Source: Phoronis australis
Taxonomy: Eukaryota; Animalia; Phoronida
Length of the DNA stretch: 64,000 nucleotides
Assembly (NCBI GenBank): GCA_002633005.1
Contig: NMRA01000171.1
Span: 412,762 to 476,761 of the forward strand
Direction: 5' to 3'
The position numbers and the translations under genes were made by a program. This document shows positions 51,623 to 62,100 of this stretch, piece after piece. The notes below the pieces were generated by a model. The model was not told where the DNA came from and made no database searches. It worked only from the letters and a program-made list of their open reading frames with translations. The stretch's first letter is position 1, and each line of letters starts with the position of its first letter.

Positions 51623-53896
51623 ATGGCTACAGCCGATCCTGGCGCCGAGTTATCGTGCTTCGTTTGTCATCGCCGATATGATGACCCGAGGGTATTGCCA
51701 TGTTTACATTCCTTCTGTAGACCGTGTTTGCAGGGAAACTTGGAACGCAATGGATTCCTCAAATGCCCCACATGTGGCCAAGATGTGCAAATGGGTGAAT
51801 CCGGCGTGGAAGGTCTGCCATCCAATTACTTTGTCAGTCAGATTTTGGAAGTCATGGTATCACAAGAGGAAGAATTTGGAAATGGTGAGGTAACATCTCG
51901 TTCATTACAACCCGTGTGTAGCTCATGTGATGAAGGTGAGAAGGCAACGTGTATTTGCAAAAATTGCCAAGAATATCTCTGCGACAATTGCGTCAAAGCT
52001 CATCAGCGTGTTCGTTTAACAAAAGATCATTTTATAGAACGGTTGCGTAGTCCCCCTCCAAGTGTTCACCATCTTTCTTCGCCACGTTTACAACCAGTGT
52101 CTGACCGTCCGCCAAGTTACTGTGAAAAACATACTCATGAAGTTCTTCGGTTATATTGCGACTCCTGCTCCTCTGCCATTTGTCGAGACTGTACCATGTC
52201 TGATCACAAGGGACACAACTTCATATACCTCCAGGATGCTGTGGAAAACTCCAAAACAATCACACTTAGATTACTGGCTGATGCTAAAACTGGAATTAAA
52301 GCAATTGAACAAAGTCTACAAAAAACTCAGGGAATGTCAAAACAAGTTGAAGCGAGGGCTAAAGCAGTTACGACTGAGGTGCGAGCCACGACCAGGCGTC
52401 ACATGGCTTCTTTGGAGGAACGCGAACATGAACTGTTGTGGCGTGTTGAGAAAATCCGCCAAGTTAAGGGAAAGTCCTTACAGACTCAAACCGATGAACT
52501 CAGGAAAGGATTGTCATGTCTCAGTCGCACGGTTGAACATGTGCAGTCTGTATTAGATACGGGTACTGATGTAGATGTCTTGAAAACCAAAGATAAAATG
52601 GTGAATGAGATTCAGAGCTTACGTCATCTAAGATGTCGCCTGGAGCCACATGAGGACGACAATATATTATTTATGTCGCCAGACACTGCTCTCTTGTCAG
52701 CTATTAGTAATTTAGGGTTCATCAGTAGCAGTGCTTATGCACCAAACTGTAGTGGAACTGGGGATGGGTTGAAAAGGGCTCTCAGGGGAAAATTTGCCCT
52801 CTTCACTATCCATGCAAAGGATCACAATGGAGAGCCAAGATCCATTGGTGGAGATTTTGTTGATGTCACCATTCAAAGTCCTGAGGGTGTATTGTATCGC
52901 GCAGAAATTGTTGATCGTCAAAATGGAACCTACAATGTGTCCTACCGCCCTCAAACGGAAGGTAATCATACTATATCCATTACCATTAGAGGTCAGCATA
53001 TTCGCGACAGTCCGTTCACTGTTGTCGTTCGTAGTGGTCGCAATTATGCCACTGTAGGGCCTGCATTGTTCACGTTTGGGAAGGAAGGAGAGGAAGCTGG
53101 GTACTTGTGTCGTCCCTGGGGAGTGTGTGCTAACAAAGAAGGCCATATCATTGTAGCGGATCGTAGCAACAACCGTATTCAGGTGTTCACTAGTGATGGG
53201 AAGTTCCACCATCAGTTTGGAACACCTGGTCATGGTAACGGGCAATTTGATCGACCAGCTAGTGTGGCACTGGATTCTCGTGGCAACGTCTTTGTTGCCG
53301 ACAAAGATAACCACCGAATTCAAGTGTTCTCGTTTGAAGGATCATTTCTTTATAAATTTGGGGAGAAAGGAACTAAGAATGGTCAATTTAACTATCCGTG
53401 GGATCTCGCTCTGAACTCAGATGACCAGGTGTTGATATCGGACACTCGAAATCACCGAGTTCAACTGTTCACAGTTGAGGGCCAGTTTCTAAACAAATAT
53501 GGTTTTGAAGGAACTCTGTGGAAACACTTTGACTCGCCTCGCGGCGTTTGTTTCAATAATGATGGCCACATTGTTGTGACAGACTTCAACAACCATCGTT
53601 TACTGGTGATTCACCCAGACTTCCAAACTGCCCGTTTTCTGGGAACAGAAGGTTCTGGAAACGGTCAGTTTTTACGACCTCAGGGAGTCTGTGTGGATCA
53701 AGAGGGGAACATCATCGTGGCTGACTCTAGAAACCATCGCATTCAGATATTTCAGCCCAATGGTAACTTCTTGTGCAAGTTTGGTGCGCCTGGGGCAGGA
53801 CCAGGGCAGCTGGACCGTCCATCAGGTATTTGTGTGTCCCCAGAGGGTTACATCATAGTTGTGGATTTTGGAAATAATAGGGTTCAAGTTTTTTAG
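51623..53896 (+). CDS. TRIM71: E3 ubiquitin ligase / RNA-binding protein LIN-41/TRIM71, intronless CDS, 757 aa from the first in-frame ATG
   Basis: RING (CFVC...CLHSFCRPC...CPTC), B-box1 (CSSCDEG...[11 protein letters not shown]), B-box2 (CEKH...CRDC...HKGH), coiled coil, filamin repeat and six NHL repeats with TRIM71-diagnostic strings ([48 protein letters not shown]). The track start at 51590 is GTG, with an in-frame TGA at 51584; the first ATG is at 51623. Confidence 0.97.
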   Translation: MATADPGAELSCFVCHRRYDDPRVLPCLHSFCRPCLQGNLERNGFLKCPTCGQDVQMGESGVEGLPSNYFVSQILEVMVSQEEEFGNGEVTSRSLQPVCSSCDEGEKATCICKNCQEYLCDNCVKAHQRVRLTKDHFIERLRSPPPSVHHLSSPRLQPVSDRPPSYCEKHTHEVLRLYCDSCSSAICRDCTMSDHKGHNFIYLQDAVENSKTITLRLLADAKTGIKAIEQSLQKTQGMSKQVEARAKAVTTEVRATTRRHMASLEEREHELLWRVEKIRQVKGKSLQTQTDELRKGLSCLSRTVEHVQSVLDTGTDVDVLKTKDKMVNEIQSLRHLRCRLEPHEDDNILFMSPDTALLSAISNLGFISSSAYAPNCSGTGDGLKRALRGKFALFTIHAKDHNGEPRSIGGDFVDVTIQSPEGVLYRAEIVDRQNGTYNVSYRPQTEGNHTISITIRGQHIRDSPFTVVVRSGRNYATVGPALFTFGKEGEEAGYLCRPWGVCANKEGHIIVADRSNNRIQVFTSDGKFHHQFGTPGHGNGQFDRPASVALDSRGNVFVADKDNHRIQVFSFEGSFLYKFGEKGTKNGQFNYPWDLALNSDDQVLISDTRNHRVQLFTVEGQFLNKYGFEGTLWKHFDSPRGVCFNNDGHIVVTDFNNHRLLVIHPDFQTARFLGTEGSGNGQFLRPQGVCVDQEGNIIVADSRNHRIQIFQPNGNFLCKFGAPGAGPGQLDRPSGICVSPEGYIIVVDFGNNRVQVF

Positions 53897-54077
53897 AGGT
53901 ATGGTTTACTGCAAGCAGTGGGAGGAAGTCTGCAGCCAAGTTGATTGGTAATAGTCTGTGTTAGACATGATTTTTGTCAGATATTAACGATGAAGAGTGT
54001 TAATATGTTTGTTGAAGTTAGTGTGAAACCTCTAGTCCCAATTATGGCCTTCAGGGTCCTGTATTCAGGAGAAATAT

Positions 54078-54084
54078 TACCTCA
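54078..54084 (+). promoter_or_regulatory. let-7 7mer-A1 site (TACCTCA) in the lin-41 3' UTR
   Basis: Seed match about 180 nt after the stop codon; lin-41 is the classical let-7 target. Confidence 0.65.
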
Positions 54085-54111
54085 GGAACTTTGAAGGGGA
54101 TTGTTTCGCTT

Positions 54112-54120
54112 TCTCAGGGA
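54112..54120 (+). promoter_or_regulatory. miR-125/lin-4 8-mer site (TCTCAGGGA) in the lin-41 3' UTR
   Basis: Exact complement of miR-125 nt 1-9, about 30 nt from a let-7 site. Confidence 0.75.
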
Positions 54121-54265
54121 TGTAAAATTGTTTGCTTGTCTATATATTTTAAGTTTAGGAATGTAGCTGTGAGCACTTAGGTATAGGTATTTGGAGGTAA
54201 CACTCTTCATCTGATATTTGATTAATTAGGCTTAGTCGTGTTTTATTTGAGTTACTTGTTGTGTA

Positions 54266-54286
54266 GTACACCCTTTGACTACCTCA
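54266..54286 (+). promoter_or_regulatory. let-7 complementary site with 3' supplementary pairing (GTACACCCTTTGACTACCTCA)
   Basis: ACTACCTCA pairs let-7 nt 1-9; after a TTG bulge, CCT pairs nt 10-12 and GTACA pairs nt 14-18. Confidence 0.85.
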
Positions 54287-54974
54287 TATGTTGTGCTTCT
54301 CAATCACTTTTAATTTTTGGAGAAATTGTAGAATTTTCTTACTGGACTCACTAGACAATGATTGCCATCTGATGTGGACCTGCAAAGCTGGTTTTCCTAC
54401 TGACTGGTCACATATTCATTGGAATCATCTCCTAGATTAAACTTAAGTAGGTGATTTATTTATAAAATCCATGTTTTTTCTTTGTGTATAAATCTATGTT
54501 TACCTATTTTAACTTGATGGCCAGTTGCCAAATATTACCTCTCTGGTTATTTTTCAGATTTCCCAAGATAAAAATACCTTGTAAATGGGTTGTCATTTTC
54601 TATATTTATCAAACTTCTTTGGCTGATTCAGCTGAGTCTAACTAGGCAATTTGGTTCAAAGATTATGTTGGACTTTATTGACACATCTGTGCAGTAAACA
54701 AAATATCTAGTAAAAAGTTTATATTTTCTGAAATTTCAAAACCTGTAGAATTTAATGTTTGACATTTTGCCAATCTGTCAGTAATTGTGTCACCTGACCA
54801 GGTCTCTAGTCAATTCAGGAAAAAGAAAGGTAGTGTTTAGCAAAACATGAGTATGAATAACGTGATCAAATTTTATTTAATATAAATGTTTGTTCAAAAG
54901 AACTGTTTGAGTTTTCTAAAATGTCATTTCGCTTTAAGCAACTTAAAGGATTTTTTACGAAAATCATAATCCTA

Positions 54975-55211
54975 TTTTTCCATAGCTCCTCATGAAACAT
55001 TTTAAAAATTCCTTATGTGTTTTTTGAAAACTGCATAAATCGTGGAATCTGAAAGATATATAGGAATTTGATCATTCATCTATCTCAGAGATATGGTGTT
55101 GCGAAGTCAGCCAAATTTGGCCATTTTTGTAGAGTCCTGCACAACCTTAATTTAATTTTTTGAGGGATTAATGTTATATTTACCCAAGTTTTTGTATGGT
55201 TAAAGCCAGGT
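54975..55211 (+). repeat. Old dispersed repeat fragment in the lin-41 3' region, related to 27125-27360
   Basis: Shared co-linear blocks CCTCATG.AA, TCTGAAAG, GAGATAT and TTTGTATGGTTAAA(T/G)CCAGGT. Confidence 0.55.
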
Positions 55212-55916
55212 TAGCTGTACTACACCTGTGGGCATCCTCTATGTACAATACTTTTTAGGAATCGGAAAATGTTTAAAACATTTCTATGGTGGGATCTTAT
55301 TTTGATTCATTGTCAATTAGTTCACACTTGAATTTTCCTATAATTTGAGATTTTCAAATAACTCAACGAAGTTCCATTGGTGCTCCTCAGGTAGGCCACC
55401 TACTGGGTTATTAGGGTGTGTTCTTAAACAAGTATGCCCTGCACTATTGGAATCTGATGTGGATTAGCTGGTGTTTGCTAGAGTTATGTAATAACTCTGG
55501 AAGGTTATGCAAGTTTAGAGGTTATAAATGGCCACATTGACATTGTCAGTACATGTTGACCTTTGATTGACCCAGGGAACGTCTCAGAATCAAGGATTCT
55601 TTCAGGGGCCCTAAGGGTCCTGAGTTACCAGTGCAATCTTCAAAGTTAAAATCTATTACAAATACTCGTTTTGCATGATTTTAGGGCTTTGGAACCACCA
55701 GTCGTGCAACTTTTGTTGCTTCTTACTTAGTAATAACAATGTTCAAAATTCATATTTTGGATTCCAAACTCTTGGCTAAACTATTATATAATTTCCAGTG
55801 GAATGGTTAACCACTTTTCCACTATCCACTATTTCTTTGTTCTTAAACTTCATTTGCTGGACTGTTTTTGGGTTAAGGCTACATGAAATTCTTTTAAGAT
55901 GTAATATTGCAAATTT

Positions 55917-56172
55917 AATAAATGACATATTTCAGTCAAATTTGCTTATGCTTTTGTGCACACACGTAGTTTTGTAAATGATTTTTATATTGATTTTCTT
56001 TTTGATAAGGTATCAAAACTAATTCAGTGAATAATAATGGTGAATAGTTTTGTTATTTTTGGATTTCTTAGAAAATATGATAACCGAGTATTAGTATTTG
56101 AGGATTTTCTTCCGTTTTGTTTTGCTGTGTAAATCAGAATCATAAATACTAAATATGAAGTTAAGTAATAAA
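55917..56172 (+). terminator. Candidate polyadenylation signals of lin-41 (AATAAA at 55917 and 56167)
   Basis: Canonical hexamers in U-rich sequence 2.0-2.3 kb after the stop codon. Usage is not demonstrable from DNA. Confidence 0.35.
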
Positions 56173-59100
56173 AGTTTTACCTTGCTGACTTAAAGCCAAT
56201 CAATTGTTCCTGTAAAAGCATATGGAATTATGGCACGTTTTTTCTCAGAAGGATTCAAATCCTATTTACGGGATGTATTTCTTTGTCCATTGCTCTTTTT
56301 CCAGCCTTGTTTACAGCCTGACTTGGCAGTAATATTCTGGGTTATCGTGTGACGTTTGCTTTTGTTGGGTCACGCAGCCAACTGGTCCAGCTTTAGGTAT
56401 ATGACGTGGAAATAGCTAGTCTTTATCTCAGAAAGGTTGAGGAACTTAGTGATGTGCTTGCAATAATTACGCGGCCTCTCGGTAACAATATTGGCAAGTG
56501 TCCATGAAATAGGTTACAATCTTCAAATTCATAGTTTATTACAATACTTAAAGGTAGCAGTAATTTTCATTAAGCTGAATTTTTGATTTTCCCACAATTT
56601 ATTTTAAAAGAGCTCAACCAAATTTACAAGTTGTGAAATATGGGGGAATTTTACTTTTCATAAAAATGGTCCAACGCTTTGTCAGATAGAAAATAAATTT
56701 GCTTCTTTCCAACTTTTTTATTAACTATAACTAATTTTCTTTGCTGTAGAACCGATGTGTATGAACTGCCTTAATTGACTAGTTGGCTTGGAATGTTTCA
56801 TTTTTCGTGCTCGTGTTCGTAACAAGTAGCCCACTGTATTCATAAAATGGACGTTGTACCATCAAATAGGCCATTCATCATGCAACCTTTGAATGGATTA
56901 AGCTTCGTTAAATCACCAGTTTGCTATAGTTCTCAGGTGTGGCTCATTTTTGTGGTGGGTTTTCTCTGAATGGGGAGTACACATGTCCTGTTACGCGATT
57001 ACATAACAGGAAACGTGTGCTGCCTGTGATGGTAGATTAAGCTTATTAGCTGAAATATTTCACGTTCATTGCTTGGGTTGTAATTTTCCATACGGGTGTC
57101 GTATTTCGTCTTTTTAATCTCGTTTTTATTCATAACTTTGTTGGGGTTTATTTTTGATTCATTCTTGGAAAATTCTACCATTTAAACAATTTAGTTAAAA
57201 AATTTACAATATTTCTGTAAGTTTTCTAGACTATGTATCATGAAAGTTGCTCTACATTTCGCATCACCAACTTTTTAAAATTGTATGACGTTTCTGTACA
57301 ACTACAAGGTTAAATTTGTGGGAAAATTGATCAATTTTGATGACTTAATTTAAATGAATTTTATGGAAAATATTTAATGAGGGAGAACCTTGTCAACTGT
57401 TGGCTGTTTCATTTTATTCGAAACTTTCAGTTGGTATCAGTTCGACTTCCGTTGAGTTTTTCGTTGGGAACATTGCCATTTATTTGTGAATTAAATTTTG
57501 CCTCACTAATTTTAGCCTAATTGATAATTAACAAGTTGAATTCTTTTATTTTAAGATGGTACTATCATGTGAAATCATATGCTTGATTGAGTTGTCAATT
57601 TTTTTTTGAGAATTGCACATTTTTGTGATCGAATTTGAATGTATCTTGTCACAACTTCATTTTTTTTTGTAAACGGTGTTCTACAGTTAAAACGAATCTT
57701 CGTTGATGTATTTGGTCGTCCAAACAGCGTCATATGGTGTTCGTATCCTTAGTTAAGTTTAATTTACAGTTGGTTACAGTAGAACGCCGTGAATTCCCTC
57801 TGACGGCCTTACTGCTCCGGCGGCGGAAACTAACTCGTAGTGACGAGCAACTTGACAAGGCTGCTCAGAAGCAATAATAGTTAAGTTTTTATTTTAAGTC
57901 TGAAAATTATTTCCAAAGTGAGTCAAACGAAACGTGATATCTGTTTTTCAGTGTTAGGTAACGTAAATTAATATATTTTTGACAATCTGTTCGAGGGTCT
58001 GGGTTTGTTGCGTCTTTAAGAATTCAAATCTCATATTGGATGACGTAGTAAACAAGTGGATCTACGTTATTGCCGTGTGTCAACGTCGGTCAGTTGACCT
58101 AATTTTCGGCATGCTTGGACCAACGGGTTTAGATCTTGCGGTTTTCGTTGAAGGAATAGGTTGACGGTCAATTTTATGATAACTGGTTCTCAATTCTCTT
58201 TACATTCTGCGGCTCCACGCACTGTGAAGTCGTGTAAAATAATCTAAGACTGGCTTAGTGCTTCAGAGGATATGGTTCGATTTGAGATAAAACAATTTGT
58301 GATGGAAACTGTGACGGGAAGCGAACATGTTATGTTTGAGAAATAATTTGCGCGAAAATGCGAGATCATACAAGCCTTCGCGAAGTACCGCCATGCAGTA
58401 CAAGCGAAGCACGTGATGACACTAACGTTTCTCGCGAGTCATTTGGGTCTAGGGAACGCAGTCTTGATGTGTTTAAATTCACTTGTAAAGGCCAACAAAG
58501 CTGAATAGAAGTTTTAACGTAAGTTATCAGTGATAGCAGCCGTCGGCTGATGTTTTCCCTGTTTAAAACAAACTGACTATAAATAATTTATCTTGCTATC
58601 AGCCATGTTAATTAAGTTAATGATTTTAATTTGCCCAGTTATGTCGCATCTTCGCTTGAGCTTCGTTGTCTTTTCAACATAATATCTCAGTTTGCTATCT
58701 GGGGTCATTTCGAGGTCAACATGTAAAGTACATATCGCCATAGATTTTGTACATAAAACTTGAATTATTGCTTTGTGGTCATTTTAAATGACATATCACT
58801 ATGTTTTGCTCCGTTCGTTGTCGCAAGGTGCTAAGGTTATGGCAACAAAATAGTGCACTAGAAAAATAAAAAATGAGATTCCAGTTGTTCGAGGGAATCA
58901 TAGGGTGCATTTATTAAGAATTTTTATCCTGTTGTCAAATTGCATTCAAACATCTCGTAACATCCACCATACCATACAATCAGTTCTCATGCCCAATTTC
59001 GCCCAATTTCTTTTACATTTAATTATATTAAACAACTAACTCATAGATAAGTGTGTGAACTTTCTGACAATGTCAATCAATCCGCCTTCTGTCCAAAAAC

Positions 59101-62100
59101 TTTTAACTTCTCATTTGGACCCCTTTCCCTTACGAACGTGTTCCTAACTCATGAGGTGTTATCTGGACTTGTTATGAATTGACATCACTTTATAAATGTA
59201 GACCAGGCGAAAGAAGTTATCTTGTCACGGCGGGTTATTCGTTCTTCCGAGCCTGGTCTCCAGGCATAACGTAGCGTACTTTCTGTACAAGCCCACGAAC
59301 CACTTTCGGTTGTGCAAGGAAGTGCTAACGTGGTCTAAATCAAGGTTAGTTTCTTTGATGACCATCGCAGTGTTATTGAGGCTTTAAGTAAACCATTACG
59401 AACTTATTTTTAATCATTCTGCTACCTCAGCAACATTGTAAACGAATGGTAGTTTCATTTTGTATTTGCATGGGGTAGGGTTGCTGGCTCTGAAAATTGC
59501 ACGTGTTGTCGACTGAAGATTGAATTATGGCTAATTGTTGAGGTATTGTTAGACATAACAATGGGCTCACTGGACATGATAACATAGTTAATGAGAGACT
59601 CGTACATACTGATAACTTTTGCTGCTACCTGTTGCATTTAAAAACCACGTGCTATCTGCATGGCATAGGTATATAACAATTGTGAGGTGTGAAGTTCATG
59701 GACTTGCTGATCCAAGGTGATTTCATTTAAAAGGATACTAAACCCTGTTTTGGCGATTTCCACCAATCCTCGTTCTATCACCTGCTAATGGATCATTGGC
59801 GTCTATCTTCCAAGTTAAAGGCAGGAATGAACTAAAAACTCTTACAGATTGGGCATTATGGTCTTTTGTGGGTGGTCTTTTCCCACAGTTGCCGTGTAAT
59901 TCGCTAAAAGCGTAAGTCACGCTTGTCCGTTTAGCATCCTTTGAAAGTAGTTTTCGAAATTTCCTCCAAACTTGTGAGGGTTGTCAAGGGTTACAGGATA
60001 TTATTTTGAAATGGGAATCTCGTTAATAGGCCAAAACTGGGTTTGATATCCTTTTAAGTAGTGAGGTCTTTTGAACACTTTTGTTTTGATGCACGAGACG
60101 TAGCAGTTTGCTTTTTGTAATGTACCTGTATTCCCTCTACATATTTTTAATGGCATTATTATGCAAAATCATTAGTTTCGTTTGAAACCTAGGTGTATTA
60201 ATTTTTTTGTCGAATATAACATGTATAAAGTCTGTAGTGTTTGTACATAGTATGCATATATATATTGATGTACTACTTTCCAAAAGTTGTTGAGTTTGAC
60301 CGTTCTCAGGACATGTTTATCAATGTTTTGTTTGCCTAAGCAACTAAAATTTTTGTGAAATGGCATCACCTAGTGTCACTAGTGGCTATGAATGAAGACA
60401 ATATGAGCTGTGCTCTTGTGTTCTCGGTCTTAGACCAGCTTCGCCACTCCAAGTGGCCGTCTGCGGGCTTTCTTCGTTGCCATAGTTACGTATATTTTGC
60501 CATTGTGCAGTTACTAGAAGCGAATTGTTACTAGGTAAAGAAGTGTTGTTTGCTGGATGCCTTTGTTTTCGATTCTGACGCACAATTGGAAGCTTGGCGC
60601 ATTAGACAGTTTATAGTCAGTTATTTCAAGTTAGACTTAGCAGAAACTGAAGAATTAACCCGGTTAGCGTACGTTGATGTTTCCTTTGCTTTGGGTAGCT
60701 TGGCATGCCCACGGGACGTCATTTGGAAACCAGGGGTGTGTTCAGTAACACTAGTAGTCACTGGCGAAACACTTGAGGCGAGAAATTAGGGCTGATACTG
60801 CGGAAATAGCTCAGACTCAATAACATGGACTGTCGACTTCTACTATGGGAAATAGTGAGTGTCCTGGATTTTACGTTTTTACTCCCACGAATCAACATCC
60901 TGAGGTAGCCGGTCAATTACTTTCAGTGGCGGCCATTTTGCAAGAGCACACTGGTAGGTACACCAAGTTTCTCGCGAACCCGTGGTTAAATTCGCCGTTA
61001 CCCTAGCCTTACTGAACGCAACCCTGATGTGGATTTAAAACACTGTGTTCTTAACCTCGCAACTTGTAAGTCCATGGTTGTGTTCATCAGCCATTCGTGC
61101 TGACGTTCATATTAGAACGCTTTGATTGAAAGTTATTTTAGATTAATATAACGAGCTGATTTATTGATTGCTGGCTCTGTATTCTAGGGGAGGTGTCGAG
61201 TCTGAATGTTTGTGAAATTGTCCGAAATATCATTAAAGAATGTTGCTCAACATATCGCTGTGTCGTTTTTATCTTTAAAAGCGTCTTCAAACATTGAGAC
61301 CATTCAATAATTATGACGTATCAATAGCTAAAAAAGGTAGTTTGCCAAATAATGCGTATTTCATAATGCTAATTTCTTAAAATTAAATTGCCCAAATGTC
61401 ATTTGAACCTCCTGAAAATATTATTACGAGAAGATATGCAAAATGGGACCTTGGAATACTTGATGACCCGTCAAGTACGCCCTTTCGTAGAGACTGGTAG
61501 TGAACAATACGTGAATCTGATGTGGACATCTGATACGTACTCGCATCATTCTTGGTATTCTGCTGATGTGGATTCCGTAACCAGTTGTCACGTTATCTGT
61601 TTATATGACGTGACCGCTAGATCTTCATCCGGCCTGCAAGAAAGCCCACCGGGGTAGTGTACGAACAGCCGCATGTTGAGGCTGTGTCTCTCAAGTGCAC
61701 TCATTATTTTGATGCATTAAAAAGACTTCCGAAAAGAACACGTCCTTGGACAATGAAAATCCCAATAACGGACCTCTTTCCACAAGATTATGTGAAATCT
61801 AGGACTATATTACTCCCAGTGTGAAATTAACGAGAAATGCCGATGACGGACATACTGAAGTGAGCTACTCCAACCGTTAATTAGTCTATACGAAAACATG
61901 TTGTATGACGTAAATACGTGAGAGAGATTCGCAGTCTTTAATAATCAAACAAACAGGTTTTGAAGAAAATAGGTAATATACGAGAAACCAGCGACAAAAA
62001 ACCCAACCCATAACAAATACGCGGGAAGATGGCAACCGGGATAACCCACGCTACTGGCCATCCTCGCGACGGAATGAATACGCAAATCCTTCATTTTGTA

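Noticed and set aside
52712-53323. 203-aa antisense ORF inside TRIM71
   Set aside because: Shadow ORF of a long coding region; non-ATG start and no recognisable domain.
60901-60945. TGAGGTAG-starting sequence as a possible let-7-family miRNA gene
   Set aside because: Only the first 8 nt match let-7; the fold-back is short and dominated by G-U pairs, unlike a pre-miRNA.
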